The notes under the pieces were generated by a model. The model did not search any database. It saw only the letters and a program-made list of their open reading frames with translations, and had not been told where the DNA came from. Of a stretch of 64,000 nucleotides of DNA, positions 14,174 to 24,300 are shown piece after piece. The translations under genes were made by a program, and so were the position numbers. Every line of letters begins with the position of its first letter. Within the stretch, counting starts at the first letter, position 1. Location: NCBI RefSeq assembly GCF_037042905.1, contig NC_087245.1, positions 558,001-622,000 on the forward strand, read 5' to 3'. Source of the DNA: Lytechinus pictus (Eukaryota).

Positions 14174-15254
14174 GTATTTATGCCTTTTGACAAGAAGAGT
14201 GTGTTGTGAAATATAGGAAAGGAGAAAGAAAAAATCACTACACGTAAATTCCCAAAGAGAATGTTTGGGATTTCAGCCAAATGACGTCATGAAGAATTGG
14301 GAATCCCCTGTCCGTGGAAAGGTCAGGTGACGTCATTAGATTTACCATGAAACCATCGTAGCCTACATCCTGGGCTCCTGTTATTCAAAATCGTTCTAAA
14401 TACAATCAATATTTTCATATTCATTTTTCACAAGACAGTTATAATGCGTAACTATTCATTCATAATTTAGACGAACAATAAACTGCAATGAAACAATGCG
14501 CAGGCCTATTTATCAGAATGGGAAAGAATGCAATATAACAGGCCGATCGTGTATAGGGCCAACTCCTGACTATTGCCGTGTATTAAAAGCCTTGGCCATG
14601 GTAATAAATTATTTGAACACACACAATCCGTTTGTAAACAAAGGTTTATAGATGGAGCAAATAGTGAGCAGTTTTTCTCTTAGCATAATTCAAGACCAAT
14701 CAAGACCAATGTTAAATTCTTATTCTGTCAAAATTCGGCTAAACAACAATTTATTCGAAAATGTTAGGCCTACTAACATTCAATATCATCATGATTTTGG
14801 GACTACTTCGATCACGATGAATAATACTTAGGGTAAATCGCCTCCCAGCACTTATTATCACAGGACATGATGAATCGTATTCAGGTTTCTTGATAGTTTA
14901 ATGTTTTTGTGCTGTATCATTACGCCAAGGTTTAGGGTTCTGGTTGTTCTGTTGGGATTTTTTTCTATATGGGACATTGAATTTTCTATTTGGCTGGTAT
15001 ATTTAGCGATAAACCTAACCCTTTAAGATTCAGAAATCTATCAGTCTGGAAAATAGAATATCACTTTCCTTCGTCTGCTCCGTTGGCCTGGGAAACCCCG
15101 CTTGGAATACGTCAGGGGGAATTCCCTCTAAATAGCACACGCAGAGCACAGAGCTTATCCATGTCATCACACTCGTGCACATGGAAGATTGACCTCATTA
15201 GAGCATAATTGCCTCTGAAAGAATTTCAGTTCAATATCGAGATTCTCTATAAAA
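14174..15254. promoter_or_regulatory. Divergent promoter region of the ALF-like gene and the caspase, with NF-kB and CRE motifs
   Basis: GGGAATCCCC 14299-14308, GGGAAACCCC 15090-15099, GGGAATTCCC 15117-15126; TGACGTCA 14282-14289 and 14328-14335; TATAAAA 15248-15254 (+); CATAAATA-like 14174-14182 (-). Confidence 0.65.
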
Positions 15255-15367
15255 CAAGCATTTGACATGTAAGAAGAACTGTCAAAAATCAGAGCTTCGT
15301 GTCAGCGTATCAGATTAACACTCTACTGCTCCTGTATTCCAAAGAGGTTTTGCTCAAGAGGAACGAG

Positions 15368-18300
15368 ATGTCGTTTTTAAAAGGACTTGGGGACATTATA
15401 GATGCATTCGACAAATCAGCAAATGAAGAGTTCGAGGTAAGGGAATAAAGGCTTGAAAATGATTATTCAAAACATGATTCTATACCTGCGTATATGAGTA
15501 TTAGAAAATAATGTTTTAAAAGAATATAACTTTGGAATTATCGATGAATCATGGAGATGGGAAGACATTGTAGCTTGTAAGAAAGGAAATATATGAAGAG
15601 AAATCTACGAGAGAGAGAGAAAGAAAAGAAAAAGAAAGAGAGATGAAGAGGGATGGAGAGAGAAAGAGTGAACAAGAAAGATGTCAGAAAAGTAAAAATG
15701 CGAAGTATCTATAGAAAGAGAGAGATAGTATTCTCGACGTATATTAGGAACAGGATGGTTTTCATGAAAGTTAACATGACTTAAAACGGATATACCTCGA
15801 TATAAATCGGAGCGACAATTAATAAAAGCTCCTTAGTTATACTTTGAAGGGCATGAAATCCCACGCCATCAGAAGTTAAATTGGATAGAAAGAGAAACAT
15901 CTAACTAGCTTAACGCTGGAAAAAATAATCAAAATCGGATGTAAAATAAGAAAGATTAAAAATTTCAAACTTTCGCTTAAAACAAATTGTTTCCCCCACC
16001 CTTTTTCTAACCCTGTTTTTCCACCTTAGCTATATGTGTTTCTTGCCAGTTAAAGTTTAAATGTAAACATTAGTATAAGAAGTTATCTTTTTTTTTATTG
16101 ATCGCGCAACTTATGGTCGGGTCGGCTGCGGGCGGGTAAAATCTTGATATCAATTTCTGCCGTCACCTCCATAAAGTCAACTTTTCCCGCTTTTCAGCTC
16201 ATTACTAAACAATCATAATTTTGGGGCAAGCAGGTTCCTAATTGAAAAAGAGGAAGGTATAAAATTCGTATCGTATTAAATAAAAAAAAAGTACAATATT
16301 TTTTTATCAAATTCTATTAAACTTCATGTTATTTCCCTGCACATTCATCTCCTGTCCTGTTTTGCGCCCTCAGTTTGAAATTTTGAATGACACTTAAGTT
16401 CTTTATAATTCAAAATGAAGCGCTTCAGGATAAGTCCAAGAAATTAGGCATCCTTTTTTTATATAAACTTATATCAACTTTTTGCGCACTATTTTCCTTG
16501 TAATGAAGTTAAATAATCTTAGAAAATCAATTGAATGAGAGCCGATGGGGTATTAGAGATATCTGCATTTGATGAAACGTCCGCCCTTTGAAATTTCAGA
16601 GTTTTATTGCTCTGCGCGGGGAGGAATATCTTCCTCCCGGCATCTACACTTCTTCTCCTCTGTTTTGCGAGTTAAAGATATGCACTGTCGCTTAATTGTT
16701 TGTAATCAAATCTGATCTTTCCAAGGGAAGTATTCAATATATCTTTGAGAATACCCTTTTCTCGGGACCCTTTTCATGGCAAAAAATATTGATAAAACGC
16801 TTTAGCTTCCGCGCTTTGCGCGGGGTTATTACACAGTAAAAAAAATCATACAACGCTGTTTACTATATGAACCTTACAGTAATTGTTTAAACAGTTTAAA
16901 CAAGTGTTCAAATCTTAAGCAACAAAGTTTAATTTTCAATATCTAATCTTCAATAAATTAAACATGATTTTTTAAACGGTTAACAAAATAATGTAAGGAT
17001 CATATAGTAAACAGCGTTGTATAAAATCTTAAACAGCGTTTTTACTGTGTATCATTTTAATTTCCTCCATTGTATTCCTTTTTTGTGCGTTCACAATCAC
17101 TTTTGAAAACAAGGTTCAAAATCACAATATAGTAAACTGAATTGGAGCTGATATACGTACTAGAGACAAGAGAGACGGCTCCTTTTCATTTCAATTTATG
17201 AAACACCAAAAGCTTCGCGCTTCGCACCCACCCCATAGTGTTGGCACCTCTGGTAGGCACGCTTTGCGTGCATTTACCGCCCCCTCCAAAATGAAATCCT
17301 GGCTACGCGGTTTGTTTGCCTATACTACAACCTGGTGATCCCGGTATAAAGCCTATAGTAGTCAAATTCCACTTATTTTCACTTAATAGTTATAACACTA
17401 TCAGGGGGAGGGGGCGTTTGTTTGCTTTGTGTTTTTTTTTTTACAAAACATTATGCTCAACGCACTGAACGCTGAGAGTTGCGCATGATTTTAACTGTCT
17501 TGTGAAAAATAAGCGACATTTTCCAAAATACTTATTTAAATATGATTTTGATGAAATTATTCAGCGTTATGTTGGTGTGGATTCCCTCTTTGAATGTTAC
17601 ATTTATAAATTGATTAAAATGATACTATCATCAAGAACACTGCTCGTGTTATAAGTCTACCCGCATTCCCATTCTGAAATCTTTCCACTGGTTACTATGC
17701 ATTCTGGTATAGTAACCGAGTAGTGCATGGGCTTATCACTAGCTGGATGTTTTAGAATTCGGAGCGCTTTGATTGGCTGGAGTGGCATCCACGGACAGGC
17801 CTATGTCCGTCCTAGATCTACACGGATGGCAATTTTGCCAAAGCCAGCTGCAGATTTTATGTCTGAGTTGAGTTTGCGAAAACTATTATCATTAAACGGT
17901 ATTCTAATCGGTCAGATGATTTGATACTAAGTTTGAAGCAAATCACGATGTCTGTCATTTTGTTTCGTTATTATGATTTGGTTAAGAAAAAGAGTCTAGC
18001 TTTTACCCCGGGGGGGCCACTTCCATTCACGAGTGGATACCATGCGCGACCATGGGGTCTCGAAAAGCACCCTAAACACGTAATTTCCATATTCTGGAAA
18101 TGCACCCCTTAACAAGTATTGGCGTGTGAAACCCTACCCTTAACAAGTATTGGAAACAAAACGATACTCTTGGCAAATATTCCCTGAAATGAACCCCTAA
18201 ACAAGTACAGGAATGTTTTATTGTTACGGGTCCTTCGGTCGTCGGCTTTACCTTATTTGGTTTAGTACGACCCCACCTTCTACACCTCGCGCAAATCGGA

Positions 18301-21300
18301 CTCTAAACATGAAGTGTTGGGGCAAAATGGACATCCTTTATAAAACATTTTAATTTTGTTTTATCATTCCCGCAAATTCGACCCTAAACACGTAATTTTC
18401 CTAGCGAAATAGACACCCTTTTTTCATTATTTTTGTGTTTTTGACACCCTTATCACGTTACGTACGTAACGTGCCCTATCGTGAAAAGGACATCCTTTTT
18501 ACGTGTTTTTTTGGTCGCGCATGGTATCCACTCGTCAATGTAAGTGGCCCCCCCGGGGCTTTTACCTATTCCATGCGTCCTGCAGGTAACGAGGGAAGGC
18601 CGACCTTTCAAGATACTGGTTGAGGGTCGTTTCCACAAACCCTCTGAGCCATGGGTTTATGATGTTACCGCAACCGACCTGCTAACCAACACATTTCAGA
18701 AGATGAAACATTACGACAGGAAAGAAGATGGCGTCAATGAAGCCATCAACTCCGTCATGAACACCTTGAGAGAGAAGGGCGTTACAGGAACGCATGGACA
18801 GACAACACTCGTGTTACAGACTTCTCAGCCTGACCCTTTTGTGTACAACCTAACCCGAAGTGAACAGATTAACCGTAAGAATATTATGTTTGACTATATT
18901 CACGCCTTTAACATGTAACATGATGTTACCCCCATCCCCTCTATCTCTTTCCCTTTCTCTGCCTCTTCCTTTCCCCAATTCTGCTGCAGCTAGTACCTCA
19001 ACTCTACACAACTACACCCACACACCTTTATTATAATTATTATTATTGTTGTTGTTGTGATTGTTTTTATTATCATATTGTCATTCATAATAATAATAAT
19101 AAAAATAATAACAATAAACACAGCATTATTATGCGCCATCTATCTAGTATACTATTCCGAGGCGCAGATGGATGGGGGAAGGAATTACAGATAAAAAGTT
19201 TGCTTGTGTTGGTGTATGAACAAATCAAATTAGCATACAATATTCAATAAAAAGAAGACAACTGGATTTTAGAAACTTTTTTAAATGGTTCAAGGGATTT
19301 TGCTGATCACATCCTCAGTGGAAGGGCATTCCATAGAGATGGAGCTGAAAAGGCAAAAGCCCTTTTCTCCTAGAGTTAATGTATTATTTGTATTATGTTA
19401 TTGATTATCATCATTATTTTGACCAAATCATAAAATAAACACATACTAGTAACTGACTTTTACATGGCAAAAACAATGACCTCGTGACCCTATCCATCCA
19501 TCTCAAATCCATCTAGATTTTCTCCTTTTTACCAAAGTTTTCGTTAATTATCTCCTCCTACCCCTTGTTCCATTTTCTTACATCAGAAGCCCTGATGAAA
19601 ATGCTGGCTAAGAAGGGTTTCGTATCTGATCCGAACCCAGAGACTCCTTCAGGATCAGGATCCAGATCGCCTCCATCTCCTCCAGTGTATCAGCAGATAC
19701 CAACATCACCTCCTCAGTCTCTTCAACAAACAAGAGCGACAATTAGCCAACAAGCAATGAATGGCAGTGCTAAATCGTCTCAGAAATTTCCCCTCCCAGA
19801 TAATCGAGGTAACGTACATAAACAGAGGGGGGGGGGGCAAATTCAATCAAACTGATCGCGAGAGTGTTTTGGGTACGCACCTTAGGTGGATTTTAGTCAA
19901 ACATAAATTATGTAATAAAGAAAATTAGTTTTGAAAATTTCAAAAGGGTGGGGGTAGCTGTCGATTCTCCCCAGTGTGAGACCATGGATTTAATACTAAC
20001 ACTAACGCCAAAAATAATATCTTAAATTATTCAAATCATCGTTCAATTAGGTCTAGAAAATGTTTGCCATAAAGAGGGGAATGGACGGGTCGGTCGCCCC
20101 CCCCCCCCCGGTCATGGATAAACTATTTTTTTGCAGTATTGATCTTGAATATAGTGGTCGGTGTTCAATTGCGCCATTCGCCAGGGGGTCAAATTTGAAT
20201 AAAAATTCGGCAGGTTTGACCATGCAGGGTCGGTCAGGTTACAGCAAACAAACTTCTCATTCTTTTTTTTTTTGGGGGGGGGGGTACTCATGGAGTCATA
20301 TGTTTTGCGTTAGAAAAAATTATAGGTATGAAGTTAAACAGTACATGATGGGATTTTTGTCTCCTTTACAGAATCAGCATTATTACAGTATGGTATCCAA
20401 AGTATAGACCCTGATGTGGATGGTCTGTATACCTCTGTTATCCCTCCGGCTCAACCTGATCAGACACTACTCGATCCGAGATCGGTAAGTTTACATGAAT
20501 AGCTTTCAGATCAAAATAATATTATCATCACTGATCATGTAGACATGAGGGTTTAAGATAAGACCCTGACTTGAAATATGTAAAACATCAGAATGAATAT
20601 CCAGCACACCGAGAAACCCACACAGATGATCGAGATTTCGGAATTTCAAGTAGTCTCCCGAATACGCCCATTCCTGAATACTATATACACAACAAAAAAA
20701 GTAAGTCCCCCCCCCCTTGAACAAACATCAATAATTTCCGAACCAATGCGAGTTTTTGATATATTTTTACATGAGCGTGTAGGTAATTTTATAAGCTCAC
20801 CATCTGAGTAAATGTTATGGACGTATTTTACGTCATGCTTCAGTGAGCACCGTCAGAAGGCAAAAATGTCACTTTTCAAAAGTCACAAGCCAAATATCAT
20901 GACTTTGATTCCATTTTACTGGAAGTGATTCCACATTCTCATCATGAAAAATAATCAGAAGGCTTGTAAAAGGTACTTTCTAAAAGACGATACAACTTTT
21001 TGGCTAAATTTCACGGTTGAATAAACACAAGTCCAAATTTGCCATAATTGGATTTTTTACACATTTTTATCAATAAAAATGATAGAATATGATGACAGTT
21101 ATTTTTGGGAAGAGTATCTTCAACAATATTCATCGTTTCACGGTTCAATGAACATTTATTGAAAACAAAAAATACGATTTTCAAATATCATAGGCAAGTA
21201 TTGTTTCATTTTGGTAACTGAAACTGATCCTTTATCAACTTTTTCGTTATGTTCATGACCAATTAACATGTTTCAATGATTCAAAGGCGTTTAATTAAAC

Positions 21301-24300
21301 ATTAACGCTTGAATGAACATGTGGAATGTGATTAGCTCTTTTTAACGTTATTGAAAAAATGCAATTTGTAACTATGGATATCTGTCACAAACCTCCTTGC
21401 ATGGTTCATTTGATTTGATTTTTATGAAAATCCCGATGTTTAATGCATCAGTGAGCACACAATATTCGAAAATTATGCAAATGAGAAGAAAGTTCAAGGC
21501 CTTGGCCCCACTCTGGGCCGTATCGAATTGTTATTTTGGTGTGCGCGCCTTTTGGATAGTGTTACTCTGAAGCCGTGTGCGAAGTTTCATGAAATAACAA
21601 AAACCGTCCATGAAACAAACCCTTATTTCATATTTGTTAAAATTTTGACTTTCTCTCTCATAGACTTGAATGTGTACATTATGGGTGCATATGTTTAAGA
21701 ATAAGTAACCCCTTATTCAATATGGTGGAACTTTTTATCAAGGCTGTCTTTAGCAATGTCATTTGGCAGTCATGTTTATCAACCTATGGGCAGAATTCTG
21801 TGCAAAAATGAAATCGATTTGTTTATTTATGGATGAGTGAGCACGCATCAAATTGAGAAAATTGGTATTTTTAATGTCACAGACTCATTTTAAAGGGTAA
21901 TAAGGTGAATATTGGGGGCAAATTCGGTTTCAAATGTGACTTTAATTGCTATTGTTTTTATCATCCATCATTTCTTTCACCACACACTTTCCGAACTTTT
22001 AACATTTTCATGGTTGAGCGAGCACATTCGAAAACTTAGGAATGAATACTCTTTTTACTGCATAAATGTATTCTTTTCCTAACAATTTATCATGATCAGT
22101 TTAATTTATGGAAAAATCAGGGGTGGATCCAGAATTTAAAAATGGGGGAGCCACCAACATTTTCAAATTTTAATTTTAGGGGCTGAGCCAAAAGTGGGGG
22201 GGGGGGGGGCTGACCATGCAAAAAATCACAATCGTAATAATTTTTACATTTTTGCAAATGTTTTAGGAAAAAAGTGGGGGCCCCAAGCCCCCCCCCCCAC
22301 CCGCTTCTGCGACGCCTGAAATATTGTGCTCACACAACCATGAACATACGATATCAAAATTGTGTGTGGAGTGGCTAAGTGATGGATATAAAACAGCATT
22401 AACACCATAAAATTCACCTAACAACAACTTTTGCCCAACTTTGTATTTGCACAATCTGAAAAATGACTCTTGTGACTTTCAAAAATGGTCATTTTTAATT
22501 CAATCTTTAATTACTCATGCATGACTCAACTGATCAATCTCATCTTTCCCTAGGATTTGCTTAATGAGTGTAGAAAACCACCTACGAAATATCATATCTC
22601 AAAACAATTCCGTTCAAAAGTTACAGCAATTTGATTTAGGGGGGACTTACTTTTTTTGTTGTGTATATATCACCATCTTCTATCCTACAGACATACGTGA
22701 CATGGGAATCACCAATGAAGGGATTCGTTTATATCTTGAACAACAGTGTTTTTCCTGAGCTACCTGAAAGATCGAGGATGAGAAGAGGTTCAAATGTTGA
22801 TCTTCAGAACGTCGTCCATGTCTTTACTCAGCTCGGTTATAAACCACTGGTTCATGAGAATCTAAAAAAGCAGGTGAGTAGAAAACACATACCCGTTAAT
22901 TTCTATAAAGCATTGGCCTCATAAAGAAACATTGTTTCTCATACCAAAATGTTTTACGCCAAGCGTTACTGTTCAGTTGTATGTATTTTAGTCATCTACA
23001 CTTCGGAAGTTAAACTTTACACAATGGGCGACGGATATAACCCCCCCCCCCTAAAAAAAAGCACGGGTCAATAAATGTTCAGAATTTTTGGAAGCGTTTT
23101 ATTTTTAACTGTCAAGTAATAAGCTTTAGCCCTATTGCATGCAGTCATAAATTATATTTCTTTTTTAGGAAATTCTTGATAGTCTTGGCGAAACTATCAA
23201 CCGAATCAACAAAGATGACGCCACACACAGTTCTCTCTGCATGTTCTTCATGAGTCATGGTAACCAGGATGGTATCTCCGGTACGGATGCTACCAGGTAC
23301 AACCCCTGTATCGTCACCAGATTCGAGATCAAGAAAAAACTTTCTGGTCGAAAGTGCAAAGCCCTTGTAGGAAAGCCGAAACTGATCTTCTTCCAGGCGT
23401 GCAGAGGAAGTAGGTTTCAAGAATGTTAGAATAAGCTTTTATTACTTCATTTTCTATAGTTTATTTATGCATGACTTGATGACATGGTGTCAACTGGCCT
23501 GAGTTATCCAATTCGAATGAAGAAGTTAAAACTGATATCGGCTATACTACAACAAAAATGACGTGTAATAAGTTTTGGTCATCATTAATGTGACCTTAAG
23601 TAGATCAAATGGTATTTTGAATCAAGGTTGAAATCATCATTCCTCTGCTCTTTGTTTCGAATGATCTATATCCACTAGTAGATATACAGTGCGTCCCACA
23701 AAAAAACGAAACCGAGATTTAGCGATGATTTATCATAACTTAATCATGAACACAATAGACAAATGACCTACCAATGTAAAGCTTAGAATCTCCTCTTTCA
23801 TCTGAACTTATTTAGATTATTCCTCATTCACGCATGAGTGAGCAAAAACAATTTGAAAAAAGGATACAAAAAAATCATTTGGCGGGGGTATCTGAATTTC
23901 AAAAAGAAAATCACATGCCTAAAAGTTCAATATCTGCTCTTTTATTTGATACCTTAATCACAGAAAACGGTCAAGAAGTAAAAAAGTTCTGTTCCCTCGA
24001 AACAATGCTTGTATTTCCATAATTTCATTAAATAAACGTGTTTTCACCGGTTTCCCACAGAAGCTATCGCACGGTTAACTAAATACTTAATGCATGGCTG
24101 ATCGTCAACAAAACGGAGTGTCGAGTGAGTATGAACTCTATCCTGTAAAACCCCTTCATTTTATGAAATTATTGAAATTTAAGCCTTATTTCAAATAACC
24201 AAAACTTTGTTATTTCTTGACCATTTTCTAAAAATGAGGTATCAAATTAAGGAGCAGATATTGAACTTTTTAAAAATGTGGTTTGCTTTTTGAAACCCAG

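Noticed and set aside
18586..18790. dsRNA-binding motif or CARD as the caspase prodomain
   Set aside because: The beta-rich pattern excludes a death fold; similarity to the neighbouring ALF-like protein explains it better than a dsRBM, though this still needs a profile search.
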